A stretch of 64,000 bases of DNA, from assembly GCF_000143415.4 (NCBI RefSeq), contig NW_003314344.1, forward strand, positions 132,336 through 196,335, written 5' to 3'. A model generated the notes under the pieces. It was not told the origin of the DNA and did not search any database. It was given only the letters and a program-made list of their open reading frames with translations. Shown piece after piece: positions 27,370-40,591 of the stretch. The translations under genes and the position numbers were made by a program. Numbering within the stretch: position 1 is the first letter of the stretch; every line of letters starts with the position of its first letter. Source of the DNA: Selaginella moellendorffii (taxonomy: Eukaryota > Plantae > Lycopodiophyta).

Positions 27370-30300
27370 ATGGACGAAGACGACGATTTTGGAGATCTCT
27401 ATGCTGGATTGGGCGGGAGCGGCGACGCCGAGGCCCCGCGTGCTCCAGCGGCAGCTCCAGCGCCTGGATTCAGCTTGGAAGAGGAGGACGAGGACGATTA
27501 TCCTGGCTTTGGCGGGGATGATAGCGCCAGGGTCGCCGCTGGAGGTTCTTTAAACAATGGGTCGGCCAAAGGAGCTGGTAATCGGGGCGAAGAATTCTCG
27601 GACAACGAGTCCGGAAGAAATGCTGCCGAGGGGTCCGAGAGCGACAGTGACGATGATCTCCAGATTGTGCTCAACAATGTCAAGCGCGCTCCTCCAGAGG
27701 CTGAGGCTCCAGCCCTGGGGGAGAGCAATGAAGAAGCGGAAGAAGTACCGACCGCAAACCAGCCCTGGTTGGACGAGCAATCCACTCTGTCGGATCAAGT
27801 TCCAGCGTCGCAGCCGCCTCTCGGAGTTCCTCTGGGAGGTCCTCCTGGGATTTTGCCTCCTGGTTTGCTGCCTGGCGATCAAGTTGGTGCTGCTAGGCCA
27901 CCTGTGGTAAATCCTGGTGGTCCTCTGCGCCCGCCCGGGAAGTTTATGCATCATGCACAGTTCAAGGTACCTCGTTTTTTTTCTTTTTTTTTGTTTGGTT
28001 AGCAACCCTGATTGTGATGCGCCATTGAACTGCAGTATGTGCGAGCTCCAATGTCTGGTCCTGCCATGAACAGTGCCCCTGGTCCGGGACTGGGAAGAGG
28101 AACTTTTCCTCCGGGTCCTTGGGGTCCTGGAAAGGGACCTCCGCTTCTTGGTTCTGGTCCGTCAAGGCCTTGGTCTGGTCCTGGTGGCTATCCGCATACA
28201 GAGTTTCATCTTCCCCCAACCAAGTAAGCTAAAAAGTACGTCTAATGTGTAAGCTTCCTTCTTTCCCGGAATGTCCAGGACTGTTTTTGATATGGACTTG
28301 GATGCTATGGACGATAAACCATGGAGGAATGTTACTGCGGATATCACTGACTACTTCAATTTTGGCTTCAATGAGAATTCTTGGAGGCAATATTGTCAGC
28401 AACTGGTATGCTATAATTCTCCTCGCATTCTTATCTCAAGGTTAACTGCAGAGTCAACTTCGACTGGAGGCCACGATGCAAAGCAAAATCAGTGTTTATG
28501 AAAGTGGTCGTTCGGAACAGGTGAATACATTCTTTCTACGCGAATTTTTTTTAGAATCGTTGAAACAGCCAATCGGTCGTGCAATTCAAGTGGAAGGTGG
28601 AGTGGGAGAGAGGCGACCATCCTACGATCTTAGGCGTGGCAGAAATCGTGACTCTAGTGATATTATAGAGGTGAGTGTTTTCGGCAGGATTATTCAGGCT
28701 AATTTGTGACTTTGCAGATAGTCTTGAAAGACGTAGAAGTGGAGACCCCCGTGCCTTTTCTTGATCGAATGGACATGGGTGAGAGTGATTACGACATGGG
28801 CCATGAACAAGATGGGCCAGACCCGCGGGCAGGGCCTCTGTTGGGAAGAAACCCGTATATGGATGCAGAAGTTCCTCCTTTTTTTCCAATGGGAAGACCG
28901 CGAGGTCCATACCATCGAATGTTTCCTGGGGGCTTTGGTGGCAGGTGCGCTTTTACGTTACGTTTTCTGATCTTTAAAACATGATTGTGCAGGGGCGGAG
29001 TCATGAGGCCGCCATTCTACGAGCCTGGAATGCCTCCACTCCCATTGCAGATGCGGCCAGAAGGATTTTCAGTTGGTGCTCCTAATGATTTTAATGAGCC
29101 AAGGTAGGCTTAGTTTCCTGTTTGTAATCAAGGTCTGAGAGCACCTTTTAATGGTTTCAGGAGAGCATCAAACAGAAGTTCGCAGGGGCGCGCGGGACTA
29201 GATGAAGAACATAGCAGTGGCAGTGTTGCTGTCAAAGACGACCGCAAGCATTCAGATAGCAGGGATGCGAAGGATGACAGACGTTCGAGAGGCAGTCGAG
29301 ATCAGGCGAAGGCTGAGGACGAAGAGAAGTCTGATGAGCACAAGAAACCTCTTTCTGAGGACAAACATGACCAGGGACGGAGATACTCCGATTCACGTTC
29401 ACAAAAGGAGGGGCACAAAAAACCGAGTGAGGTCGAGAGGTCCAGCTACAGTGATGACGAAGATCACAAGTCCAGGCATCGAAGTCGCAAGGAAAATAAT
29501 GGCGAAGGAGACCGGCACTCATGGCAGGCGAAAGCTGCCAGCGACGACAAGTACAAAAGATCGGAGCGAGGAGAAAAAGATCAACGGAAGGATGAGGACT
29601 GGGCAAAAAAATCTTATCGAGAACGGGACGACGTGAGGTGGAAGGAAGAGGAAGCTCGAAGGTCGAGAGGGAAGGAGGAAGATGTCTCGCGCAGCAGCAG
29701 AAGGGAAGACGAAGGACGGAAAAGAGACAAGGCAGAGGAGTACCATTCCCGGAAGGACAGGGAGGAGTCCTGGAAACGGGACAGAGACCGGGATGACCCT
29801 CAGAAGCGAAGGTCTGCTTACGACGACGGCTACGAGAGGAGGGACAGAGACGAAGACAGGTACTCGGATCGGAGCAGACGCCATGGTTATGAAGAGGAAG
29901 ACGAGTATCTGCGCCGGAGAAGTAAGCACTCTGATCGAAAAGACTATCGCGACGAGGAAGAGTACTCGTACGACCACCGCGGTGGAAGCTCTCGTGGCGG
30001 ACGAGAACACTCGGATGATAGATACAAGGAGGAAGAGAGGGTGTACAGAGACAAGTATGGATGGAGCAGCAGAGGCAGGGACGATAGCAGCAGGCGAAAT
30101 GGTTCGACTTCCGACTACTTGGATGAAAAGGAGAGGAAGAAGCGGAAGACTGATGATTATCAGAAAAGTGCCCATGCAGAGAAGGTACTCGTATCGCCTG
30201 CATGAAGCTGATCTCCCCCTTGGCATCGTCGGTTATATACTTTTGCGATTTCGTTTTCTAGCTGACTGCCTGTGTATGTACATATGATGCATTTTGATCA

Positions 30301-30954
30301 TGCTAGGCAGGCAGGCAGCTTTCTTCTCTCCTTTTTTTTCATACGGCTAGGCAGGCTCATATATGTTTACGTGACTGGCGTTTCTGCCTTTCGTCTCTAA
30401 TCGTGACTCTTTCAAGCTCAGATGAACTGATGAAACCGGAGACTTAGCCGAGGGTGTTGGTTTGATTGATGGATTTTTTACAGGTGCAAGCCAGAGAGAC
30501 CACCGAGGACGAGGCAGCCGCGGCGGTGACAACGGTGGCACACGAGAAGAAGCGATCTTCCAGGAGCGAAGCTCATCACGGCGGCCGGGGAGGAGATGAC
30601 AGTTACTACTCCGACGAGGGGGATGACGATGATAAGCACAGGAAAGGCAGGTCCAAGATGGAGAGGCTTAACAGGGAAAGGCCGACGATCGATGATCAGG
30701 AAGAGAAACTTGGGAAGGTTGCTGCCAGGTCCCAGGATCCAGTGAAAGGATCCACGACGACTCTGGGTGGATCATCGGCAGCGAGCAGTGGAGAGAAAGT
30801 GGATCCATTCGCGAAGAGGCGCGAGAGGTTCCAGTCGCAAAAGCCCGATAGCTCCGCCGAGAAGACGAAGAAAACCAACGAGAAAGCTTCCATCCAGGCC
30901 GATACGTCGGAGTTTAAGCACGAGAGACCGGCGAGGAAGCGACGTTGGGCTTAG
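27370..30954 (+). CDS. FIP1: Pre-mRNA polyadenylation factor FIP1-like (FIP1[V] type), multi-exon
   Basis: N-term MDEDDDFGDLY; SDSDDDLQIVLN; Fip1 motif VFDMDLDAMDDKPWR...DITDYFNFGFNENSWRQYC; IGRAIQVEGG.GERRPS.D; R/D/E-rich tail; C-term KHERPARKRRW. Confidence 0.92.
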
Positions 30955-31269
30955 CGAAAAATCGGGCCAACCATACCAATGTATTTATTCTTTGCTAAAG
31001 TTTTTTTACTTGAATGGCCGGATCGGACGGCTAAGATTCTTGCCAACGTGGCGGTTTACTGGCCGTCCACGTCATTGTGATCGAGATCATTATCTGCATT
31101 CCTATGAGACCACGTCACCCAAGGGGAAAGTAATATTACAGGATTTTTCTAGTGCTAGGGTTTTGCGAGCTTCGATCGAGAGGTATGGCGCATTCTGGCG
31201 AAATATTGATGGCGCCGACCGAAATGTCGATCGATTTCTTGCAGGAGTTACTGTAGATCGAGAATCGAG

Positions 31270-33690
31270 ATGACTGCCGCTCAGCTGGGAGAGTGCCTGT
31301 CCTACGTCGTTTCCAGGTCTGGAAAGGTCCTGGATTCGTGCGGCCGGGTGTTACAGGACATTGTCCCGACAAATGCTCCAGATGCCGCTCGAGCGCTTCC
31401 ACTGGCGTCGTTCGAGGGAGAGCCCGAGAGTTTCTTCAATCTGGCAGCTATGGTGCTAGCGTCCGGGGACTCCATTCCTCCCAGCGCCGCCGCCAAAAAG
31501 AGGAAGTTCCATCAGCTTGCCTCTCGCAAGCCGGCCTTGGAGAAGAAAGGCCAAAGGACTTGCGTGTGGGATGACGAGGTCGGTTCGCTTGAGGATGTTG
31601 CCCGAGCGATCTTGCGGAGGCAAAAGAGAGTGTTTGGACGGAAGAGCTCGCGCGGACACTCCGAGCGGCACCGCAGGCTGGTCCAGCATCTCAAAGTTGG
31701 CGTCTCTCAGATGTTTATCCTGCAAAGGTAAACGTTTTGCGTTTCTCTTTGAGCTCAGTAGACGCGCCTGAGAGGATGCTTTGCAGGTGGGAAAGAGGCT
31801 CGCGAGAGCTCCCCGCAAGGTGGGCGTCTTGGCTCTTGAAGATGTTGAGGAGGACCAAACCACCTCCGCAAGCTTTGCAACGCTTTCTTTTTACCGCCAT
31901 AGTCGCGATACTTCCCGTCATTTGTTGCAGTCTTGTGTGCCAAACGCTTAGCATCCTGCCTGACTCGGAGGTAAGCTTTATAGATCTTCTCAACAACATA
32001 ACTCATACTGTAGTTTTTTCTAATGTATTTTACTCTCAGGTCCTAAAGTCTGTGGACATCCTGTGTAGTGCACTTGAGAAGAGCTGGGCGTGTTTCTCTC
32101 CTTTCCAGTGGGAGATTCTCGAAGAACGCATATACCAGTGCAAGCAAGTGCGACAAAAGGCAGGGACATGGCTGGAGAGACGGTCAAAACCACGAAACAA
32201 TCTACCTCTTCTCGAAACGAGCATGGTAACAACTGTTCTTTAATGCTCTCTTGGGTTTGAGCACGACTTGTTTTTTGGCAGCCCATGCAAAGTGACAATC
32301 AGCGTGCCAGAAAAGCGGATGATCCGTCCTTGTCAAGTTCGTCCGATGAATACGCAGTTTACAACGACGAGCAATTGAGTAACGAGTTGGTGCTGTCCGA
32401 AGGAGTGAATGCGCTGGTTGGTAACATTAATTATCTGGAGTGGAACTGTATGCCTGATTCATGGCACATTCCTTCCGAGCAGGTTCGACGGGCTCTGCGC
32501 GAACGACAGATTCTACCTTATTTCAAAAAGAATCCTGCTCCTTGCATCGACGCTACTGCAGTACCCGGTAAGAGTGTCTTCCTCTCTTTTTAAATATCCC
32601 GATAATTCTATGTCCTGTTTTACAGTCTCTACGCAGTGCCCATTATCTGGGTCGCGTTTAAAGGTGGATGGAATAGAAGTTTCCTGGAAAGAGTTTTCGT
32701 AATTAACAGTGATACTGTCTCCAGGTCCCTGCACGAGGAATGTCATGCACGCACTTAACTTGCTTTGACTTGGAGTGCTACTTGAAGGTGATTATATTCT
32801 CGATCGCTAACATGTGTTTCCTGACGTACGCTGATGGCATAATTTTCAGGAAAATGCGGAGCTTGCAGCCGGTATTGATAAACAAACAGAAGCTACAATG
32901 TGGCGATGTCCATATTGTGGCTCTGATGCCACTTGGCCCCAGATCGTAGTGGACGGCTTTATTTTAAGGTGAAGTTGTCGGCTTGTCGCAATCTCCTCCC
33001 CCAGATTTTTTATTCACTGTGTTTGTCATCGTTCAAACTACCTGCTCACTGTTTTCTATCTCCAGGATACTCAAAGCGTTGCCTGGCAATATTCCAGCGG
33101 TTTTAATCTGGCCAGATGGAAGGTGGGGTGCCATGGAAACTATTCCCGTCGAGAAGAAAGAGAACTCGAGTGGCAACGATAACAATCACGATGACTATCA
33201 CACTGGTCTGTCACGCGTTGGTACAGTAATGTCACAGCAACAGGGGCGCAACGTCAAGCCACGCCTGGACGAGACGGACGAGTCAACGTGGGACGTGAAA
33301 GACGACAGATCTCGGGGAAGCCGTCGGCTGGACGGTGACGTATCAGGCAACGAGGCCTCGTGTGACCGAGTTACTACGTCGGCTGGCACTTCCAGCAACA
33401 AGTCGGACGATGAGCAGGCTGGAGGACTAAGTCACGATGTTGATCACGCGACGGCAGCGATGAAAGATGGTGCCGCGGTTGACTTGCCTGCTGCTCCGAG
33501 CAGGATTCTCCCGGTTCTACTCGAAATCAACCTCCAAGATCTGATCAAGAGCACGCTGAACAAGGCCAGGTCCAACGAGGCAGCAGAGGCCAGCGAGCAG
33601 GGATTAAACGTGTGTGAGGGACAGCGAGGTTGCTTCAAGCCCATCGTGACGCGCGTGGAGCCTTTCAGCGTGTCTCGGGGCTATGGCTGA
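31270..33690 (+). CDS. SP-RING (zf-MIZ) SUMO ligase-like protein (SIZ/PIAL-related), multi-exon; 3' end uncertain
   Basis: Spliced reading VSTQCPLSGSRLK|VPARGMSCTHLTCFDLECYLK|...WRCPYCG...IVVDGFIL|ILKALPG...IWPDGRW matches the SP-RING signature. Confidence 0.8.
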
Positions 33691-33892
33691 TAAAAACTAA
33701 ATGAGGAGGGAGTGTGGTACCACGTTGTTTTTAATGCTAACCAGCTGGTTGGTGCTTTTTTTCTTATTCTGTGTGTTTTTCTTCTATTTTTTAATGTTTG
33801 GTGCAGTGGAGTGTTCCATGGGAGGAAGTCTGCTGCCACAAGGTACAAAAACATTTCGTTTTTTTTATCTTTTCTTCTGAGCTTTTCCATCG

Positions 33893-34267
33893 TTAGAAAG
33901 CGTTGGCCTCGCTCAGCTGGCGGAGGAGCCTGCCACTGATGTGATCAGCCATCAATCGATCCAGTCCTCCGACGAGCTTTCCCCCAACAAAAATCAGAGG
34001 TATCGGCTGTTTACTCCCTGCTAAGTTCGCTAAAACTCTTTCTACCTCTACTCCATCCTCGCAGTCAGTATCGATATCAAACAAAGTGGGACAAACTCCC
34101 AGCTTGGAGAAGAGCTCCCTCACAACCAGGCTCACGCAGCAAGAGCTTGCACAGATGACAAGCACGGGGCATTGGTGGATGAGCGTGTGAATCAACTGTG
34201 GAGTCGTGTGGAGCTTGGAAGTCACCTCTTCCGGGCTTGATGCCGACGAATCAAAGCTAAAAGCCAT
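33893..34267 (-). CDS. CC-type (ROXY-like) glutaredoxin, intronless
   Basis: PVLVICASSCCVSLVVRELFSKLGV.P; IPLIFVGGKLVGGLDRLMADHISGRL. Confidence 0.88.
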   Translation of the reverse strand: MAFSFDSSASSPEEVTSKLHTTPQLIHTLIHQCPVLVICASSCCVSLVVRELFSKLGVCPTLFDIDTDCEDGVEVERVLANLAGSKQPIPLIFVGGKLVGGLDRLMADHISGRLLRQLSEANAF

Positions 34268-35020
34268 GATGAGCGAGACCGTTGCTGCTGCTACTCGAGA
34301 AACGCATTGTCCTCCACTCCAAGATTGGCAATTCACAAGCGGAAGAACTGGATAGATGAGATCAAACGAAGAAATCCGGATTGAAGCAGCCAAGCAAGTG
34401 AAAGGAGAGAGGGAGAGAGGGATCCAGACAGGGGAAATATATCTGGAAGTGGGGAGGAGGGATACTTATTTATATGGCCCTCGGGGAGGAGCTTTGCTTT
34501 GGAAGTCCCAGACTTATTGACATATGGATTTTGGGAAGCAAAGGAGTTGTTTCCAATTGGTGGTGATGTCATGCTCTTGTCACACACTCGTCATTGCTTT
34601 GGAGATCTTTTTTCAAACGACAGCATGATGAAATGCAATTTACGTAAATAAAATGCTTTAATCATGCTTTGAAATGCAATAAGTTATTTAGAGATAACCA
34701 AACCAAAGATATCCGGGTAAATGCATAAAATTTCTGAGATAAATAAATAGAGAGCTTTTAGGTTAATTCCTTAGGAAAAAAAGAAATATATGATTTGTAC
34801 AAACCACACTATGTTTATAATTTAGTCAGAACCATTACTTATTCTAGTAAAAATCATGAAAAAATCTTATAGCTTAATTAGGAACGATTATGAGGATAAG
34901 ATAATCGATCGTACTAAATTTAGTTTTTTCTTCATTCTGTTTAGGTTTCAATCGTGGCAAGGTATGTATGTATGAATGAGAATTTCTTTGCTAAGGATCT
35001 TCTAATCTCTATTAATTAGT

Positions 35021-35596
35021 AACAATAATGTACAAGAGTATAATTCACAGCATAAATGCCAAGATGAAGAACCCACAATATGCCCTCGTTGCAGCTCTGT
35101 TGACACTAAATTTTGTTATAACAACAACAAAAAAGCTTCACAGCCGCGATATCGATGCAACTCGTGCAAACGGAAATTCACCAAAGGTGGCAGGATTAGA
35201 TTTGTACCACCCAAGAAACCGGAGAGGCAAAGGGGAACAGTGACTAATGGCACTAAGTCCAGAAGCAAGGGTTCCAGGATAAAATCTAAGCAATCCTCCA
35301 GGACTTTATCCAAGAATACTACAGTTGTGTTAAGTGTCTCCGATGAATCTGAGGATGAAACTTATCTTGAGGAAGAATCCTTAGAGGAAGAAGATGAAGA
35401 TGAAGAGAGTGATAGCCGGAATCAAGCTAACAAGAAAATAATCAAGAGAGAAAGAAAAGATTATCAAGTGGTAAGGAAGAATTACAAGCACTTAATAACT
35501 GCTAAGGAATTTAATTTCGCTACTCCTTGGTATAAGGTTGCATTTAACAAGATCAAGAATGCCATTCTAGATGGTTATAATGGCATTGTTTATTGA
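35021..35596 (+). CDS. Dof zinc-finger protein exon (domain missed by the ORF track; 5' exons unresolved)
   Basis: Frame from 35021: ...[48 protein letters not shown] (C-x2-C-x21-C-x2-C), continuing in frame into ORF 35240..35596 with an acidic tract. Confidence 0.8.
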   Translation, partial: NNNVQEYNSQHKCQDEEPTICPRCSSVDTKFCYNNNKKASQPRYRCNSCKRKFTKGGRIRFVPPKKPERQRGTVTNGTKSRSKGSRIKSKQSSRTLSKNTTVVLSVSDESEDETYLEEESLEEEDEDEESDSRNQANKKIIKRERKDYQVVRKNYKHLITAKEFNFATPWYKVAFNKIKNAILDGYNGIVY

Positions 35597-35793
35597 ACCA
35601 ATAAATAAATTAATATTACTTCACATATATTTTCTTTCTTTTGCTCATATGTGTGTAAGTATATGTTACATGAAAATTTCAATCAGAACCTCATGGCCCT
35701 GACCCATATTTCCTTCATCTCTCGCAGCTCAGGAGGCCAAAGAGCCCGCAACAAGCCACAGGGTCACTTTTGAGGACGCGTTCTTCCTCGTGC

Positions 35794-36135
35794 CTACTTT
35801 CTTCGCCTCACCATCTGTGGCTTGTTTGCGGTGATGATCTCGCCATCTTCTGGGCGATCGATCGCGTGCTCTCGGCTCTCGGGACCAGGATCACGACTGT
35901 TGAAGTCTTTGACAGCTTCGACTAGTGAAGATCCAGCTTTCCTGGCCGCCATCATGGGCTTTCCGGGGTACTCCTGTCCATGATCATGCAGAAGTCTCTT
36001 ACAGCTTCGATAAATGATGATCTCGCCATCTTCGGCTTTCTGGGGGCTTTCCGGGGTATACTCCTGTTCGATGTTGTTGGGCGATCTTGAGCTAAAAGGT
36101 GTTAAACTATTTACTCTCTCACTCAAAAAATTCAC
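35794..36135 (-). other. Orphan ORF built from ~90-bp internal duplications
   Basis: Direct repeats tgatgatctcgccatcttc (35832, 36015), gggctttccggggta (35956, 36044) and acagcttcga (35912, 36001). The peptide EDGEII occurs twice. Confidence 0.35.
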
Positions 36136-37847
36136 GGGGTTGACAGGAACACATAGCCCACGGGATTTTTAGGCTCCAGATAAAAAGCCATGGCTCCAGC
36201 GCGAGTTCCTTGTCCAAATTTCTTGTAAAGTTTGCATGACCATAGCAAGCTCCTCCAATCCACAGCATCCGGCACAAATGGCATGGTGGCCAGCAGCTCT
36301 TCCACCTGTTCCAAATGCCCAGATCGCCCAAGCAAGCTGGCGACGCAGCAATAGTGCTGCTTTGACGGGGTCAACCAAAAGTCCAGGACCATTGACCAGA
36401 ATCGGGCTCTTGCCGAGCACAGGCCGCCCAAGTGAGCGCTCGCGACGAGCACGCAAGTGAAGGAGATCTCGTCCGGAGCAAGCGTTGATCCCATCTCGTG
36501 GAAAAGTTGGAGCAGAAGTTTGTGATCTTCCAGATCTCCGTGACGGGCAAATGCCGCAAAAATAACATTCCAAGAGACCAGATCACACTCCGGCATTTCA
36601 TTGAAAAACGCAACTGCCCTTTGCAATGGCGAGTTTTGGGTGTGCGCCGACAGCATCGAGTTCCACAAAATCATGCTGCGGTCTTTGGCAGAATAAAAGA
36701 GAATCTCGGCTTCGGTGAGCTTGGCCGCATGAGAATATGCCGTTACCATGGCCGTACAGGCCACGGCATCCCACATTGCCATCCGATCAAAAATCCTCTT
36801 CGCGTCGTCTAAACACCCGCTTAGCACAAAACCGCCCAGCAAAGCATTCCACGTAACAATATTCCTCTCGTGCATGGTATCAAACTCATGCTTGGCAAGT
36901 TCCAGATGCCCAGCCTGGGAATATGCGGCCACCATGCAAGTACCAGATACCACGTCGTGCTCATGCATTCTCTCGTACAAACGCGTGGCTCGCAGAATAT
37001 CCCCGTTCTGGGCATATGCTGTAAGCATTGCAGTCCAAGAAACAATGCTGTGCTCGGGCATCAAATTTTGGAACATTCTCTCGGCTTCTTCCAGATCGCT
37101 TGCTTGAGCGTAAGCAGACAAGATCACGGTGTAGCAAACAATATCTTTATTTTTGATTGCTTCGAACACGCTCTGAGCTTCATGCAAATGCCCATTTGCG
37201 GCACAAACGCCGAGCATGCTCGTCCAGGCGACGAGATCGTGCTCGGGCATTGAGCAAAAAAAATCTTTTGCTTCACAATATGTCTCACTGGATCTTCCAT
37301 AACCTTCGAGCAAGTACGTCCAGGAGACGAGATCACGCAGAGGCATAGAACAAAACGCCTGCTTTGCCTGCTGCAGATGCCCACAAGTGGCAAATGCCCC
37401 AACCATGGTAGACCATGCAATTAAATCCTTTTCTGGTATCTTGTCAAATATCAACTTAGCGTAATCAATATTTCCGTGCTTGGCATAGACACTAAGAAGA
37501 GCCGTCATTGAAACACTAGAGACATCAGGCATGGATTCAAAGAAGTCTCTTGCATAGCCCAATTCCCCATTCGCGGTAAATGCAAACAGCATGAGCTCCC
37601 ACGAGAAACAGTTTCTCGAAGGCATTGCAAGGAAGAGGCGATGGGCGTCGCGAGCGCTGCCACACCTCCCAGACATCTGCATGATGGTGTTGAGGAGGAA
37701 GACGTCGCACGGATCGAGCAAGTGGCGGATCCGAGCATGAATTTCCCTGGCAGCTGCGAGGGTGCGGCATGATTTGATGAGCTGCAACGCCGATTCCCTG
37801 TGCAAAACCTCTCGCCCATCGCCGTTTCTCCTCACAACATCATGCAT
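36132..37847 (-). CDS. Intronless PLS/SS-type PPR protein with E domain (no DYW)
   Basis: Tandem 31-aa PPR repeats. Ends QHYCCVASLLGRSG...MPFVPDAVDWRSLL..C...LEPKNPVGYVFLS. Confidence 0.92.
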   Translation of the reverse strand: MHDVVRRNGDGREVLHRESALQLIKSCRTLAAAREIHARIRHLLDPCDVFLLNTIMQMSGRCGSARDAHRLFLAMPSRNCFSWELMLFAFTANGELGYARDFFESMPDVSSVSMTALLSVYAKHGNIDYAKLIFDKIPEKDLIAWSTMVGAFATCGHLQQAKQAFCSMPLRDLVSWTYLLEGYGRSSETYCEAKDFFCSMPEHDLVAWTSMLGVCAANGHLHEAQSVFEAIKNKDIVCYTVILSAYAQASDLEEAERMFQNLMPEHSIVSWTAMLTAYAQNGDILRATRLYERMHEHDVVSGTCMVAAYSQAGHLELAKHEFDTMHERNIVTWNALLGGFVLSGCLDDAKRIFDRMAMWDAVACTAMVTAYSHAAKLTEAEILFYSAKDRSMILWNSMLSAHTQNSPLQRAVAFFNEMPECDLVSWNVIFAAFARHGDLEDHKLLLQLFHEMGSTLAPDEISFTCVLVASAHLGGLCSARARFWSMVLDFWLTPSKQHYCCVASLLGRSGHLEQVEELLATMPFVPDAVDWRSLLWSCKLYKKFGQGTRAGAMAFYLEPKNPVGYVFLSTP

Positions 37848-38076
37848 CCTGCGCAAAACTTAGTAAAGCTTAAAGTTAGCATAGTTATAATTAATACTTT
37901 AACTATAACCAACTATCATTGCAATCTATCCTTTAATTATAATCATCATACTTTAACTTTAATCATCATAATAATTGGTCTTTTTCATTTATAATTTAAC
38001 TAATTAAAAAGGCACCTTTTAGAGAAAAAGTATAAATAAGTGGACCCAGAATGTGTTCACTAGGGTTTATTGCATC

Positions 38077-38757
38077 ATGAAGAAGAAGGCGCAGGAAGCT
38101 GAGGGGTGGGAAGGGTTTTTAGCTGAGATGGATGATCATTTAGCGGCGATGGGCGAGGAAGATTTAATTTGCTCTCCATGGGCTGATCAAAGTAAGTGGG
38201 AGGTGATCCCAACCATGCGAAATGTCACGCTCAATGATCTGGAGGACAAAGGCGACGAAGAGCGATACGAGGGAGGCTTGGCTTGCCCTCCTTGGGACCC
38301 GGAAGCTCTCAAAAGCTTCTGCGCCATGGACGACTGGTGTGGAAAGCCAGTGACGGCGAGAGTCAGGCCCAAAGAGCCTGCGAACAAGCCCAAGACTCCG
38401 AGCCAGCCCGAGAGGCCAGAGACTCCGAGCAAGCCCAAGAGAAAGAGCCCGAGCGAGCCCAAGAGGCCCAGGACTTCGAGCCAGCCCAAGAGGCCAAAGT
38501 CTTCGAGCGAGCCCAAGAGGCCGAGGAAGAACGCGTCCTCAAAGGTGACGCCCGAGCTGCGAGCGCTGCTAGCGAAGGTGAGGGCGACGCTGCCCGATCA
38601 AATCGACTGCCCCTGGTGTGGGGTCAAGTGGTACACGAGGTTCTACGATTTCAACAATAACAAGCCCGGGCAGCCCAGGTACCATTGTAACCCATGCGGG
38701 GGTACCTGGACCAAAGACAAGACGCCAAGGCCAAAGAGAAAGAGGCCAGCACTCTAG
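38077..38757 (+). CDS. Divergent Dof-like zinc-finger protein with Pro/Lys/Ser repeat linker
   Basis: C-terminal CPWCGVKWYTRFYDFNNNKPGQPRYHCNPCGGTWTK resembles the Dof motif TKFCYYNNY...QPRYFC..C...WT. TATAAATA at 38031. Confidence 0.65.
   Translation: MKKKAQEAEGWEGFLAEMDDHLAAMGEEDLICSPWADQSKWEVIPTMRNVTLNDLEDKGDEERYEGGLACPPWDPEALKSFCAMDDWCGKPVTARVRPKEPANKPKTPSQPERPETPSKPKRKSPSEPKRPRTSSQPKRPKSSSEPKRPRKNASSKVTPELRALLAKVRATLPDQIDCPWCGVKWYTRFYDFNNNKPGQPRYHCNPCGGTWTKDKTPRPKRKRPAL
38365..38530 (+). repeat. Coding tandem repeat, ~24-30-bp units (S[QKE]PKRP...)
   Basis: ccgagc(c/a/g)agcccaagagg units repeated ~5-6 times. Confidence 0.8.
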
Positions 38758-38865
38758 ACGATCGATCGATCGATCGAAATGTTTCTTCTCACCTTAGATC
38801 AAAGGAATCATATACAAACTTTTGCTTACACGCTCGCTCATCGCTCACGCTACGCTTATACGCGC

Positions 38866-39523
<658 letters not shown>

Positions 39524-39902
39524 AGCCGATCAATCGGCCACCCACAGGCGCGCGAGAGAGCGGCGCGCCCCCGGAGAGACGATCCCTCCCCGGAAATTCG
39601 TCGGCAGCGCGGCGCGCGAGCAGGGATCGTGGGGCGCGGCGCCACAATCACGCGCGCACCATAAAAAGATTGATGCGAACGAACCCTAGCGCCCCACCGC
39701 ATTTTGGGCTGGGCCTTTTCGTTACGGGTGACACGTCACCACCACTTTTTTAGGGCTAGAGCTAGGGCTTCTCTTCTATTCAATTCAAACAGCGTGGAAT
39801 ATTCGTGTCGATTCGATTGGCGTGGTGGTACCTTAGAGATGGGCTTCGTCGATTTGGATGCTTTGTTTTTTTTCTTGTTCTTCGTCTTCTCGGTTGGATC
39901 GA

Positions 39903-40591
<689 letters not shown>

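Noticed and set aside
30426-30470. Hammerhead-like CTGATGA core in the FIP1 intron
   Set aside because: No stem II followed by GAAA, and no compatible cleavage triplet or stems.
34625-34737. Possible C/D-box snoRNA (ATGATGA...CTGA)
   Set aside because: AT-rich context makes these boxes likely by chance; no terminal stem or recognisable rRNA guide.
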